NCBI RefSeq assembly: GCF_009914755.1
Contig: NC_060947.1
DNA: 64,000 nt
From: the human T2T-CHM13v2.0 reference genome, Homo sapiens
Direction: 5' to 3' (one strand)
Part shown: positions 1 through 14,680 of the stretch, in pieces
Layout: each line of letters begins with the position of its first letter
Numbering within the stretch: position 1 is the first letter of the stretch
Notes under the pieces: model-generated
What the model saw: only the letters and a program-made list of their open reading frames with translations
What the model was told of the DNA's origin: nothing
Database searches by the model: none
Made by a program: the position numbers and the translations under genes

Positions 1-636
1 ACAAGGCTATCATAACCCCGATGCCAAAACCAGACAAGGAAAGTCCTTAGATTTTTGCCCATTATATAAATCAAATGAGACTGTTTTCAGATTTCTCCAA
101 AATGCTCACAGAAATGTCTAGAAGCAATTTCAAATCTTGTAAATTGAGGTAGTTTGAATAAATATTGGACAAAAGGAACTATTCTGAACTTCAGCAACAA
201 AATTTTTTGAAGATAAGGTCACCAAGAACTAAAGCCAGTATTACCGTAGTAAGAGAAACAACATCCCATATGCCAAAAACAACCATGTCCTAAAGATGAC
301 AGAAACTAGGTTAACTGGTAAGTGCTGAATAGGAACTCTAAAACAGCAGCCTTGTATGTTGTTTGTCAGAGCACAAAGTAAAGCCAATGCTGAGCCATAT
401 GGCATCATTGCAGTGTGAAACTTACACATCTCTAGAATCAAATGGAAGGAAATGATTTGGTCTTTACAGTGCAAAAATGATTTTCTTAATAAGCGGTAAG
501 TGCTTTCTGATGCAGAAAAAGGAAGCTTTATTCAATAAAACAAGTGAATCAATATCAGACGTGCAAGATTAGAACTAAATTGTGCGCTTAATGTAAACAT
601 ACACTCACCAAACCTGGTGAGGGGTGTTCTGCTTTT

Positions 637-1028
<392 letters not shown>

Positions 1029-1169
1029 TGATTAGCCATGTGTGAATTATCCAACGCAAGGTGAAAGCCTACTTCATCTCTCTCCCCTCATTCTTCAGGG
1101 TCTGCCCCCAATGCTTGCAGTATGTTTAACACACAATAATGAGCAGAATAGCATAGGATTCGGGAGCAT

Positions 1170-1378
1170 GCATGGTAGAGCCATCTGTCTGCCTTCACAT
1201 CTAAGCTCCACCACTTATAGTGTAAACTTGGGCTGTTCCTTAACCTCTCTGGAGTTTAAATTCTTCATCTGAAGACGTGGAAGTAATGCTAAGACCTATT
1301 TCACAGGGTTCTGTGGGGATTAAATGAGGTAATGTAATGAAAGTCTTAGTGTAGTCAAGAAGTGTTAGCTATGATTAC
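1170..1378 (+). mobile_element. MIR SINE
   Basis: MIR core-like TTAACCTCTCTG...TCATCTG...GGATTAAATGAGGTAATGT. Confidence 0.75.
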
Positions 1379-1390
1379 AAGCATAATTAG

Positions 1391-1666
<276 letters not shown>

Positions 1667-1674
1667 TAATTGAC

Positions 1675-1800
1675 ATTCATTCATCTAGTTGACGAATGTT
1701 TATTGAAGTTCTATTACAAGCAAGATTCTATGCCAGGGACTTGAGATACCACAAAAAACAAGGCAGATATCTTTCCTGCCCTCGATAGCTTAATAGCCAC
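1675..1800 (-). mobile_element. L2 3' end fragment
   Basis: CATTCATTCA...TGTTTATTGA...CCTGCCCTC, typical of the reverse-complement L2 3' terminus. Confidence 0.65.
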
Positions 1801-2532
1801 TACTCAGATTCATTGGTCATTGGCATGGCCAAATCAATAGTGATTTTTTTTAAAACAACAAACAAAAGATACTTTCTCTTCATGGTCCATCAGACTCGAC
1901 TTTGCCTAAAAACAAAAACAAGGAAGCAGAACACAATAGCCTCTCCTATATAGGCTTGATCTCCACCTCACCCCCACACCCACAGCAGGCACTCGACAAA
2001 GATTTTTTCATTGATTTGGTCCAGAATCTACTGCTGCAAAATAATTCTATCAATATGTAGAGGAGAGAAATAAGAGGCTCTTCTTAAAAGCCTCCTGGGG
2101 CATTGATCTGCACTGCAGGGCTGGGGCAGGGATAGGGCAAAAGCACATGGTTGGCGGTCATCTAGGAAACCATGCTGGAGAGGAAGTGAGGGACTCAGGA
2201 AACCAACCCCGCCTCACCCACCAGGGCCCACCCCTCGCCAGGATTCTGTGCCCTTCCTTGGTTTTGTCATCACACCATGCCAATTCCTGCTTCAGGTCCC
2301 AGCTGGGCCATTTACTGGCTGTGTGACCCTGCTCAGCTGTTATAACCTTATTTATAGCAATAACTTACTAGTATCTATTATAATAACAATGTGTTATTTA
2401 TCATGTAAGTTATAATGGGATCATTCTAATTTGTATTCATTATGATAGACATTTACATTGTTTACAAAATTTTGATAATTTATGTCAATGAATTCCCAGA
2501 AATACCACTATTTATGAGTCTCAAAAGAAATA

Positions 2533-2872
2533 GGCTGGGTACAGTGGCTCAGGCCTGTAATCCCAGCACTTTGGGAGGCTGAAGCAGGAGGATGGATTGA
2601 GGCCAGGAGTTTGAGACCCGTCTGGCAGCATAGGGAGATCCCGTCTCTACAAAAAATAAAAAATTAGCCAGGCATGGTTGCATGCACCTGTGGTCCCAGT
2701 TACTCAGGAGGCTGAGGTGGGAGGATCACTTGAGCCTGGGAGGTCAAAACTGCAGTGAGCTGTGACTGCGCCACTGCGCTCCTACCTGGGTGACAGAGGG
2801 AGACCCTGTCTCAAAAAAAAAAAAAAAAAAAAAAAAAGAAAAGAAAGAAAGAAAGAAAAGAAAAGAAAAAAG
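2533..2872 (+). mobile_element. Alu (AluJ-like)
   Basis: Dimeric Alu with A/GAAA tail; TSD-like AAAGAAATAGG on both sides. Confidence 0.95.
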
Positions 2873-3441
2873 AAAGAAATAGGAAGCGTGAAAGTAGCAG
2901 CTTCAGAATTTCTATCTAGAAGAGGGTCATGGGCAGAAATCTGGTTGGAAGGATCCTTTGACAGCTGCATTTGCACAGCACTTAGGTCAGAGAGAGAACA
3001 AACACTTCCTTGGTCCATTACAAAACATGACAAAAGCTGTTAGAGCCAAGGGACACACGTCCAGGGAGCAGGAAAGGGGAAAACAGTGAAACAGAATCCC
3101 AAATAATTCCACGTAAATGATCATTCTCTTTCCCCAGCTTTGACCGCACCATGTAACTTCAAAATCGGTACCCATTTCTGAACGCCCATTCAAAAGCAAT
3201 TGGGTTAGCAAGAAGAAACAGGTCAACAATAGAATCCCCAAGGAAAAGAAAGTATCTGAAGAAAAGAGAGCTCCAAGTGGGAGTGAGGAGTTAAAAACAA
3301 AACAAAACAAACAAAAAAGAATAAAGTTGGTATGGGGATGGGAATTTGCAATGAAGGAGGGAAAATAGGAAAGAAAAAAAAACCCAAGCTAACATGTTCC
3401 TCATTTCTACAACATTATCTCATAGAAATAGCATTACTCAC

Positions 3442-3486
3442 CTGACCGCGAGTTCAGAAAACAAAGTGGAGAACCTCTGTGCACAC
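3442..3486 (-). other. ADGRG2: ADGRG2 exon 2 (45 nt, 5'UTR)
   Basis: Minus strand: CTAAT branch-like motif (3523-3519), long polypyrimidine tract, ...TTTTCAG|GTGTGCAC...GCGGTCAG|GTGAGT; sequence matches my memory of the ADGRG2/HE6 cDNA just before G-ATG-GTT-TTC. Confidence 0.9.
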
Positions 3487-3659
3487 CTGAAAATGAAAAA
3501 TAAAAAATAAAAAGCAAAATTAGACCAATGGAAAGTGGACTTTCTTGACAGCATAATACTTCAATACTGCAGTGAGCTCATCAGCCGACGCCCCCTGGGC
3601 TCCCTACTGCACGTCACAGCTTGAACTTGGCAGTGGAGTTACAGAAAAAATGGATGTAA

Positions 3660-4063
<404 letters not shown>

Positions 4064-4670
4064 TAATGTTTTTGTGGCATGAATTACTGTTCAGTTGAAG
4101 ACTTCATTAACAACATCATAGGGCACTGGACAACGAAGTGATTGGACCAGACCTGGGGTGGGGTGGTCCCTTCTAGAGACCCTGCTTGGTTAGACATTTC
4201 TTCATGTGTTTGTGACTTCACTTCCCTAGAACCTAAACTCCTTGATATCAAGGATTGGGGCATTTAGGTCTCTTGTGCCAGAGGCAGAATTGTTTCTCCA
4301 CTAAAGGGCTAACTCTTGGTTAATTACTAAGTTTGGCTCAGAGTTGAAAGGGGAACATGGGGGTATTTGCAATGATATGAGGGAAAACTCAGATGCACGC
4401 TGGGGAAAGAATGGGGTATCCACCCAAGGCAGAGAGCATTGCTGACGACCTGACTTGTATCTTTTAGAATATTCCAACATGCCTTACTTCTGAACCAAAA
4501 CATTGGTCCAGCTATTAGCTTGAAGATGACAGTCACTTCACGTAATGGCATCTTCTCATGTGAAATAGGACATAATGACTTTCAAATGAAGATCTGTGAT
4601 AAGAAACGATCTCTAAGGTCATCCTGGAACCAACTGACCTACTGACAGACTGTTATAATAGCAGTTCAGT

Positions 4671-5222
4671 GCCCAGCAATCCCATTACTGGGTATATACC
4701 CAAAGGAATAGAAATCATTTTATTATAAAGATACATGCACACATATGTTCATTGCAGCACTATTCACAATAGCAAAGACATGGAATCAACCTAAATGCCC
4801 ATCAATGATAGACTGGATAAAGAAAATGTGGCACATATACACCATGGAAGACTATGCAGCCATAAAAAGGAATGAGATCATGTCCTTTGCAGGGACATGG
4901 ATGGAGCTGGAAGCCATTATCTTCAGCAAACTAATGCAGGAACAGAAAACCAAACACCACATATTCTCACTTATAAGTGGAAGGTGACACACTTATAAGT
5001 GTGTCCATGTGAACACACAGACACATGGAGGGGAACAACATACACTGGGGCCTGTCGGGGAGGGGGTGGGTAGAGAATCAGGAAGAATAGCTAATGCATG
5101 CTGGGCTTAATACCTAGGTGATGGGTTGATAGGTATAGCAAATCACCATGGCACACATTTACCTGTGTAACAAACCTGCACATCCTGCACATGTACCCCA
5201 GAACTTGAAATAAAAGACAAAA
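4671..5222 (+). mobile_element. L1 (L1PA/L1PB) 3' end, 5'-truncated
   Basis: ORF2 C-terminal peptide MFIAALFTIAKTWNQPKCPSMIDWIKKMWHIYTM, followed by L1 3'UTR and A-rich end. Confidence 0.92.
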
Positions 5223-6077
5223 ATGAAGGCCAACCATGTTGTCCTGTCCTACGATGAACAATTGCGAACACATGTCCCAATGCTGAATGTGGACTAAATG
5301 TAGGATTAACAACTGAAAAACATTTCAATAATCAAAGAAAGAAAGAAATCTATTGTGACTTGAGTATCGAAAGAAGTTCATTTAACATTTGTGAAAATGA
5401 GAATTTTCCACATAGGGATTTCTGATATTTTGATGAAATTTCCCAACCCAAGCACACTACCTCTTCCAAAACCTTACTGATGACCATAATAAAGCACACT
5501 TAATGGTTCTTGGGAATCCAGTTTATTAATGAACAACAGGAGGCTCTGTTCGCTCCCTTGGAATACTTACAGGTAGAAAAGTAGGGCAAGCAACATGACA
5601 TTTGTTTTTCCCAGTGGATGAAAAAATTGAAAAGCCTAGTAATATCCAAAGCTGGAGAGCATGTGGGGAAATAAACACCTGCATACACCATTGGTGGAAA
5701 CATAAACTTTGAGAGAGTAATTTAGCTATGTTTTAAAATTTTAAATGTGCATGCTTTTTGATACAGAAATTTGAATTCCAGAGATTGTCCCCACAGAAAT
5801 ACTGACCCATAGATACAAAAATATACACACAAATACTGTCATTGCAGCTGTGTGTGTGGTGGGGGGAGCCTAAGTTTCCATTAGTAGATGAAGAGTTAAA
5901 CAATGGCACATCTGTGTTTTGGAATATTATGCAACACTTAAAAGTGAAGTTCATTTAGGTGTATTAACATACAGAGACTGTCAATGCATATAAGGCAAGA
6001 GAAAAAACCAAGTTTCTGAATAATATATATACGAGGACTTGTTAAGATGCAATCAAAGTTATATGTGTATGCTTATT

Positions 6078-6368
6078 TTTTAATTAGAAATGGGGTCTTG
6101 CCTTGTCGCCCAGGCTGAAGTGCAGTGGCTCGATCACAGCTCACTGCAGCCTCCCACTCCTGGGTTCAAGTGATCCTCCCACCTCAGTCTCCTGGGTAGC
6201 TAAGACTACAGTCACGTGCAACCATGCTCGGCTAATTTGTTAGTTTTTTGTAGAGATGGGGTCTCACCATGTTGCCCAGGCTGGTCTCAAACTCCTGGAC
6301 TCAAGCAATCCTCCCGCCTTGACCACCCAAAGTGCTGAGATTACATATGTGAGCCACTGCACATGGCC
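6078..6368 (-). mobile_element. Alu (AluJ-like) inside an old L1M fragment (~5600-6460)
   Basis: Reverse-complement Alu; TSD TAT(G/C)CTTATT. Confidence 0.9.
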
Positions 6369-7984
6369 TATCCTTATTAATACAGTGACAAGGGTGGATG
6401 CATACAAAATAGCCTGGAAGGAAACCCACCAGTAACCCAGGAGTGTGATGAGGGAAAGGATGAAGCCAAATTGCTACTCCATAGACCACAGGCATGTCTT
6501 TACATAGTACTTACACAATTAAGTAGATTTCTTCTAGTGAAGAAAAGCAGAAGGAGGGCTGAACAGAGCTCCTCCATCAAGCTCAGTGGGTGGGGAATGG
6601 GACGGAAAGCCATCACTTGCTCAGCTCAACGTCATCTCCCCTTCGCCTGCTCTACCTCAGTTAGAAAGGCCCAACTGGGAACACAAAGACTTCTGGTTTC
6701 AGGGCCAAGAAACCAGCTTCCCAGCCAGGGAGCAGGAACTCACTTCAGCAAGTTGTGGAAAATAATGGCAAAAGCAATGATGCAAAAATGCCTGATGAAT
6801 ACCAAGGCCTCAACTTCATTAAAGAAAGGCCCATCCTTCAGTCCACAGATCCCTCCTTGCCCCTGTGGCCACCACACACCCACCAGCCTTTATCTCCTAG
6901 AGAAGCGGAACAGGAATGAGGATCTGATGAGCACCAGCGCTTCAGTGACAAAACATAGTGACTACCAATGTTTGGGGTTCTTACATCATTGAAGGGAAAG
7001 GGCAAGTCACAAAAGGAACCATATCAACTTATGTAAGACATGGCACGGAACAGAGAAATTTCGCAGAGAAGAACAGCAAACTCACCACTTGCTAGGATTC
7101 ATGAAACCTCCCACAGTTGCAGATTGCCCCAAACCATGACATCAGGGAGGCTGGGAAGCCACCCAACTTCCTCTATTTATCAAGCTGGCTAAAACCCAGG
7201 GTAATACCAGCGTGACCCAAAAAAATAAATTTTAAAAAAGGCAGGCAGACTTTACAAGTGGTTTGGGTGGGAAGGAAATGACCTCCGGGTGTACTTAAGA
7301 GCCCTGCTCCAGTTCAGGGCCGCTCACAGGGAGGCTGCGTCCAAGAGTCAGAACTCCCATCCTGGGCACCTGGCCACAGCACCCACACATCCTAGGGATA
7401 ATCTGCAACCCACTTGGGAAGGAGCACAGGTAACAGCAGCCCCAGGCAGTTGTCCCACTGCCCTCCAAGGAAGGACCAACCAAAAAAACCAAAACCAACC
7501 AAAACAGAACCATGACATACAGCATCCTGGAGGGCTCAGCACTTCATTAGGAACCTAATGATTCATTAGTGACCTAGACCGACAGGCACAGACTGGCTCG
7601 AAGTTCCTGGCAATGACACTGACACCGACACCATGGAAGAAATGACCAGAGGACAAAGAGGTCTTGATACATCGGGATGGGGCCAGAGAGAAGGAAAGAG
7701 GAGTTTCTTCACACTGGGAGGAAAAACAAATTGCCCAAATGGAGATGATGGGGAAGGCAAAGTTATATGCAGGAGAAGGTTGGGCATATGCACATTCTTG
7801 GTCTTAGAGTGGTAGGTATTGCCATCGAGGAACAAACAAGAGTGGTTCTAGAACCTTGTGGTGGCCCCAGTACTGATCAGACCCTGCCTAATAGGACCCT
7901 GACCTTCACAGACTGGTTTGTTCAGTTCTGAATGCCACCACTCAAGAGGAGTTAAATTGTGAGATGGTTCTGGAAAACTAAAGA

Positions 7985-8340
7985 TCATTCATTCAACAAA
8001 CATTTAACTGGGTGCCTACTATGTGCCAAAAAACAAGGCTGCTCTGTACGGTTGTGCAGGTTGTGCCCTGCACAAAGGCTCACGGCCAAGGGCACCAGCG
8101 AGCCTGAATCCAGAATGCCAGGCTTTGGCATCAGCTGTGGGCAGTAATGGGAGCACCGAGGAAGGACACCTAACCCAGTGTGGGGAAATGGATCCAGGAA
8201 AATCTCATCTAGGAAGTAATCATCAGGCTGCAGCTTAAAGGGTGCAACTCCCTTTATATGAAGACATGGGCGAGAGCATTCCAAAGAGAGGAAATGGCTG
8301 AAACCAAGGCACAGCCAAAGAGTTTAAAGTGGAAAGACAG
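7985..8340 (-). mobile_element. L2 fragment
   Basis: TCATTCATTCAACAAACATTTA...CCTACTATGTGCCA terminus. Confidence 0.6.
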
Positions 8341-9209
8341 TGTCCTGGTGTCCATCCTTGTTAAATTGTACAAGTGACTAACAGAGCTTTCGGAATTGCT
8401 TTGTAAAACATCTCAAAAGATGACCCCTGGTCATCAGTCTGGAGGGGCTGCATGCTGAGGTGGAAGGAAGCAGCCAGGAGAAGTCGTCAGTGGGCCTCTT
8501 GCAGCCGTTGCTACCATGCTTTATTTTCCTGCAGCACGAGAAGCTTTCTTTTCTCTCTTCCCTTCCCTCCAGTCTTCTCTCCCTCTTTTCTCTTCTACTC
8601 TCTTTCACCCTACAGTGTCCCCGTTTTCCTTCCCTTCCCTTCCCTAGCTTAAGGCTTGCCACGTGTATTCCGGGGGCTAGAATGTTGCTGGTCACCTCTG
8701 CCCAGAGCTGGAGAAGAGAGTATCAAAGACCACATGGTGAGAGCCTCACCTTCAAATGACTCCCAGACCTCCAGTCCCAGTGGTCTGGGTGAGGCAACCA
8801 CCAACTCTCTACCCAAGATGACAGAACTAAGGCATTCCAAAACAGGACATAACCTTCCTTAGACTATAAACAATTCTCACTTTCACAAATGCATAGGCAA
8901 GAATTTACCAATTCTTTTACAAAAACATTAATTTACTATTTCACAAAAAGAACACTTATATACTTGATTTTTTAAATGCAAGTCTGACATTAAGCTATAT
9001 TCACACAAAGTTCACCAGAGTGAGCTTTCTTCCATTAATATGAAAACACTTCACAGGATAATTGAATTTGGATCATCACAACTTAAATCAATCTCAATTA
9101 AGATGACTAACATTTTCTAATTAACTCAACTTCTCTTTCCACTGGGTAGCAACAAACACTGGCCATTTCCCTCTGTTTAAACTATGTTTTGATATTTTCT
9201 TTTGATATT

Positions 9210-9509
9210 TTCTTTTCTTTTTTGTTTTTTGTTTGTTTATTTGTTTTTTCTTTGAGACTGGGTCTCCTCTGTTGCTCAGGCTGAAGTGCAGTGGCGCAAT
9301 TACTGCAGACTCAATATCCCAGGCTCAAGTGATGCTGTCACCTCAGCCTCCTGAGTAGCTGGGACTACAGACACATGCCACCACACCCAGCTACTTGATG
9401 GGTTTCACTATGTTGCCCAGGCTGGTCTCCAACTCCTGGGGTCAAGCAATCCTTCTGCCTCTGCCTCCCAAAGTCCTGAGATTACAGGTGTGAGCCACCA
9501 CACCTGGCC
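9210..9509 (-). mobile_element. Alu (AluJ-like, internal deletions)
   Basis: Reverse-complement Alu lacking the A-rich linker. Confidence 0.9.
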
Positions 9510-10023
9510 TGATATTGTATTTTCAATGATGAGAGAAAATACGACCAAAAGCTACACAGATAAGGAAAGAGCAATTGTTCATGTAGGATGGGTCTCACCA
9601 AGTAGTAAGAAAACCACACACATAAATGTTTCCTTTGTTTAGTAAGCCTTTGTTGTATATTGGACACTTGGGCTACAAATTAAGGCTGGTGCATTAAAAT
9701 TTTCCTGTTTCCATATATATCTGCCACGTGAGATGTACTAAACCTTAACTCCAGGAAATAAAAGATGAGGAAACCCTTGCCCATAAAGTTGTTATTATTC
9801 TCACTGGAAATGATTAAGAAGTTACATTATTATCTAGCCCTATTTGACAGAAAAACTGTGGAAGATAGGAATTTAGTGATTTATTAATAACATTTTAAAA
9901 ATTCAATATGAAGACCTCAAACTCCACCTCAAAATTGCTGTATCTCTGCCAACTTTGCCAGCAAGAGAAGTTTCTAGCCCCTCCCTTTTGTGGCTGATTG
10001 CAAAGCTACTCATAAACTCTTCC

Positions 10024-10205
10024 TAGGGTGGAGGGTGGGAGGAGGGAGAGGATCAGGAAAAATAACTAGTGGGTTCTAGGCTTAATACCTGGGTGATGAA
10101 ATAATATGCACAACAAACCCCCATGACACAAGTTTACCCATATAACAAACCTGCACATGTATACTTGAACTTAAAATAAAAGTTAAATAAAAATAAAATA
10201 AAAAC
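10024..10205 (+). mobile_element. L1PB/L1PA 3' terminal fragment
   Basis: AGGGTGGAGGGTGGGAGGAGGGAGAGGATCAGGAAAAATAACT...AACCTGCACATGTA...AAAATAAAAGTTAAA. Confidence 0.9.
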
Positions 10206-10289
10206 CAAACTTTTCCTATTCTAGTTTGCCTATCTATTTTGCCTATCCAAAATTACATTGCAAAATCCATGCAATGTGATTTTGTTGCT

Positions 10290-10690
10290 CTACCCCTTGA
10301 ATGCTCCACCCCTTGAATGCAGCAAATGTGATACAACCAAAAGTGTGAAAAGTGCTTGAGCATGGAATTTGCTCTCTCTTGCTGCTCTTTAAGGCTCAAG
10401 CCACCATGTAAGAGTGGAAACCAGCCTGAGCTAGTTGGCCAGATGATGAAAGACCCACGCCTGGTCAGGCATTGCTCCAACCAAGAGCTGGCCAACCCCC
10501 AGGCAAAGGGTCATCTGGTAGACTGGCAGGTGACAACAGATGCATGAGTGAGCCCAACCGAGACCAGCAGAAGAACCATCTTGCTGAGCCCTGCCAAGAC
10601 TGTGGACTCAAAAAATGTGAACTAATTAAATGGTTGTTGCTTTAAGCTGCTAAATTTTGGGCTGTTTTGTTATGTGGAAAAAACTAACTT
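10290..10690 (+). mobile_element. MLT1 (MaLR) LTR
   Basis: GACCAGCAGAAGAACCA...GCTGAGCCC...AAATGGTTGTTGCTTTAAGC, MLT1-type 3' region. Confidence 0.7.
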
Positions 10691-11569
10691 ATACACCTTC
10701 TTTCTTCCCTTCCTCTTTACCCTTTCTTCCTTTCATTATTTCTCTCCACTCATCTTCCTTTCTTCTTTTCCTTCTGTAAGTACTACAAGTACCAATTTAA
10801 GGGAAGGGCCCATTATGTATAAAATGCTGGCCTGGGCTGATTCTAATTCAAAGCCTGCCTCATTTTCTTTTATACACTCCCTCTATACACTCCCTCTGGA
10901 ACCCACATAAGCAGATTCTGCAGACCTTGCATGGTCCATGGGCCCTACTCATAAAGAGATGAACCAAGATGTTTCTGGGGACACTGGGCAGAGTTTGCAG
11001 CCCGTTTCTGGGCATTTGCTCATGATAATCTCCCTGAAAGAAATATTTGTCACTGTGACCTGTTAAGTGTGTTCTAGCCCTCCCTTCTACCCATTGCTCC
11101 TAGCCAGCAGAGAGGAGAAGAAAATGGGCCTTCGAGCCAGATGCCCAAGGGTTAAGAGGCATGGTTTAAGACCCCCTCCCTCACGTGGCTGCGCAGGCTA
11201 AGAAAGAAGAAAATATATTTATAACTACAGGAAACAATGTACTGTGAGTGGTAAAATGCTTAAATTTCCATTTGTTTACTATACAAATAAGAGAAAATCA
11301 ATACGTTCATCTTGCTAATGACATCAAGCCACTCAGTACAACTCAGAAGCCAGAAGGTCATTTCTTAAAATGCTTGTCTTTCCTCTTCCACATTTCTAAT
11401 TTATTCTTTATTCTCACTCTAACTTATTTTTTTCTCCTGAATGATGTATTTTTTTTTTGCACTTTTTAAAAGTTGATTTTTCCTTAGTGTCCCAGAACCT
11501 ATTTGTTTGTGGTTATGATGTTAATGTTTAGAAAGGTCAAATTAGATGTTGAGGTTGGGTAAGTGTTCA

Positions 11570-12125
11570 TATTCTAATGGGGAAACAGAGATATGATACA
11601 AAAATTCACACCAAGAAGTGCGATATTGCGATTACAGCAAGTGCCACAAAGCAATGCAACAGGAGCTCTGGGTGAAGACAGGGGGATCTGACCTAAGGGA
11701 CTGGGGAAGGCTTCCCTGTGGAAGTGATGCTGAAACTGGAAGGGTGAGAGGAACTTGCCCACCAAAGAGGCAAGGAAAGACCGTATCAAGTAGAGGAAGT
11801 AATATGTGCAAAGGCACTGTGGCAAGAGGGAATGTCACTCATGTAAGGAACTGAAGAAAGGTAGGAGTGGACAGGACATGCCGTGGCAAGGAGAGGACAG
11901 TGAAAGATGAGGCTGGAGAGACAGAAAAGGCTCAGCTCCCAAGGGGGCTTGGTGGCCAAGGTAAGGATTTGCACCCTTGCTTTGAGAGCCATGGAAAGTC
12001 ACTGAAGGATTTTAAACAGTGGGCAGCGTGTTCAGATTCACATTTTGACAAGATTGTTCTAGCAATTTTTGCATGGAAAATGAATAGGAGGGGGTCTTAG
12101 TGGAAGTGGGGGTCCAGTTTGGAAT
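11570..12125 (-). mobile_element. L2 fragment
   Basis: GGAAAGTCACTGAAGGATTTTAAACAG-type L2 body. Confidence 0.6.
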
Positions 12126-12231
12126 TTTAGCTCTCCATTCTCAAACATTGTTCTGAAGGTCTGAGCAATTCAGTAAAACAAAAATACAAAGTAAGAGTTA
12201 GAATCAAGAAATGGAGACTACAGATTTTATG

Positions 12232-12232
<1 letters not shown>

Positions 12233-12277
<45 letters not shown>
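12233..12277. repeat. (CA)n microsatellite, ~22 units
   Basis: Directly visible. Confidence 0.99.
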
Positions 12278-12279
<2 letters not shown>

Positions 12280-12358
12280 AAATCTATTAAAATGTAATGG
12301 GTATTAGAGTTCAGAAAAGAAGAGTCAGAATAATTATACAAATGATTTTCCTCTACAC

Positions 12359-12578
12359 CAGGGGCCTGCAGATCTTTTCTGCAAGGGTAAGATAGTAAAT
12401 ATTTCCAGCTTTGCAGGCTGCAGGATTTCTGTTGCAATTACTCAACTCTGCCATTACAGCACAAAAACAGCCACAGGCAATCTGTAAATGAATGAGTGTG
12501 GCTGTGTGCTAATAAAGCTTTATTTATAAACACAGGCAGCTTGTGGGATTTGGCCTGTGGGCGCTAGTTTGCCCTGCT
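12359..12578 (+). mobile_element. MER58A (hAT-Charlie)
   Basis: CAGGGG...GATAGTAAATATTT..GCTTTGCAGGC...AATAAAGCTTTATTTA. Confidence 0.8.
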
Positions 12579-14564
12579 CTCTACCAACGAGGAAGTAATT
12601 ACGGTATTCGAGGTGAGAAACAAGGCTGGATGAAGATGGTGGTGGTGGTGATGAATGATGGACATACTGAGCAGTATTTGGGAGGAAGAATTGACGCGAC
12701 TTGGGTCTGGGTTGGATATAAAGAGTGAAAGAGTGGCAGGCACTGCCTAGAGTTCAGCTAAGGCAAGTGAGGATCAAACGCAGTGAAGCAGCTGCATGTG
12801 AACTAGAATCCAGGTCATCTGACAACTTGTCCACCCCTTGGGTCTGGTGTGCCTTCCCACCACAGCCACCGGCCCTCTGCCAGCCCAATCCACAGCCTTT
12901 GATCCCAGCCCTTGCAGCATCCCAGCATCCCACTGCTGCTAGGTTACAAGTGTATGGGATGCTTTCTCGAAATGCTTTTGGCCTTCATAGTCACATACAA
13001 TTTCTACAGAGTTAACAACACCTTCCAGCTTTTTCCCTCACATCAGTTCCCCTGCAACAACTTGAAAATAAGTCAGGTATCAATGACAACAAATTAGCAG
13101 AGTAGACAGTCAATGCCTAACTTGATGGGGGCGAGAATAAAATTGGGGGAGGGGGTGAAATTAACCAGACAGAGCAGCTTTAGAAAGATGAGCTTGGAGT
13201 CAGGTGTCTGGAGAGGATGAGGAGCAGGGTCAAAGGCAGGAGGGGGAGAGGAAACCCAAACGGGCAGGTGCGAGGACAGTAACTTCCCAAGCTGCAGGGG
13301 AAGGCCATAGCCTGGCCCAGCAAGAGAGGGAAAGCAGTCCTGCAGCTCCAAGTGGGGTATGCACAGTCCCTTTTTACCTGCTCTTACCCTCCAGCCTCAC
13401 CCTCCTCACCCAGCATCTTAAAATTCAGTCCTTGCCTCTGTCTGCAGCAACTGCACAAACCCATCCTGAACCAGGACCTAGTCCAGGAGTTGTCTGGCGA
13501 GATGGAGGAGGACCTTCACGTTGACTTGTGTCTTAGAGCCTTCAGTTGCACTTGTTCTGTGAAGGCTAACAGGCAATTAACAACCAAGACCACAGATGAC
13601 AAAACGGCACTTTGTATTCCCCTCCTCACTCCCTGCAAAGAAAGGCAGGATCAAGGAGAATATAAATTACAGAAGGAGATCAGGACCAAGGAGGGAAACT
13701 GGGAAGTTAGGAAGTAGGTAAGTAGGTCACAAGGCCTTCACCTTTATATTAACAAACTACAAACATGGCTCTTTGGTGCCCAAATAGAAAAGGGGATCGT
13801 GTTTTATTCTGAAATCTCATCCATGAACAAGAGAAAACATGACAATCCTTAGAGAAGGCCAAGCTTTTCCTCTTAGCTAGTCCTCAACTAACCTGCTCAG
13901 GGTTTGGCCACACTCAGCACCTCCACTTCCTCTTCCCAGCGTCTCCTGAACTGATTTCAATCGGGCTTTTGTGTTATTCTTATCAAGGTCATAACTTCCA
14001 CCTTGGCACAATTCTCAGATCTCAGGTTACTCCTCCTCTCAGCAGTCTTGAATGGTAGATCCCACAGTCTGCAGGAAGTTGTGGCCCTTGACTGAGCCCC
14101 TCTTCTAAATGGAGGCCAGTCTGTGTGCACAAGGAGAGGATAAAGGGGAACGTTCTGAGAAGGCAAGAAACTCACATGTTCACTCCTATGCGTGGATGAA
14201 CAGTGGGAGAAAACGTGCTCATGGTCATAAGAACACTGCTTTGAGGACACAAAGATGGGAGTGACTGATTCTATCTTTTGTGTGTTTGGGGAGATGGCGG
14301 GCAGGGAGCATGTAAACATGTTCTATACCAGAGAATCTGAAGATGACGGTGACCTAGAGTCTATTAAGACTTCACTAGAGTAGGACTCCTCCTCCACCCC
14401 AAAAGTTGTTTTTAATTTTTGACTAGTATCTAAGAGACCACCTCTCAAGGCTTGTTTCTGTTTTTGTTTGGTTGTTTTTTTGGTAAGGGCTTGCACCCAA
14501 TAAAACATGCAAATTTCAATGACTGTGGTCACTAATGGGCACGTGTGACTTAATTTATCAAGTC

Positions 14565-14639
14565 AGACTATTCACAATAGCAAAGATATGGAATCAACCT
14601 AAGTGTCTATCAATGGTGGACATAAATGTGGTATGTAGG

Positions 14640-14680
<41 letters not shown>

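Noticed and set aside
241-474. 77-aa minus ORF with a hydrophobic C-terminus, vaguely like a channel transmembrane segment
   Set aside because: Reads through a putative intron; joining the two candidate exons gives T|GA stop in that frame; no convincing family match
3585-3612. CTCF-like motif (minus TGCAGTAGGGAGCCCAGGGGGCGTC) 100 bp from exon 2
   Set aside because: The 5' part of the core deviates from CCACC/CCGCC; needs a PWM score or ChIP data
6471-6992. 173-aa plus-strand ORF in unique DNA
   Set aside because: Non-ATG start, antisense to the host gene, no recognisable domain or supporting splice structure
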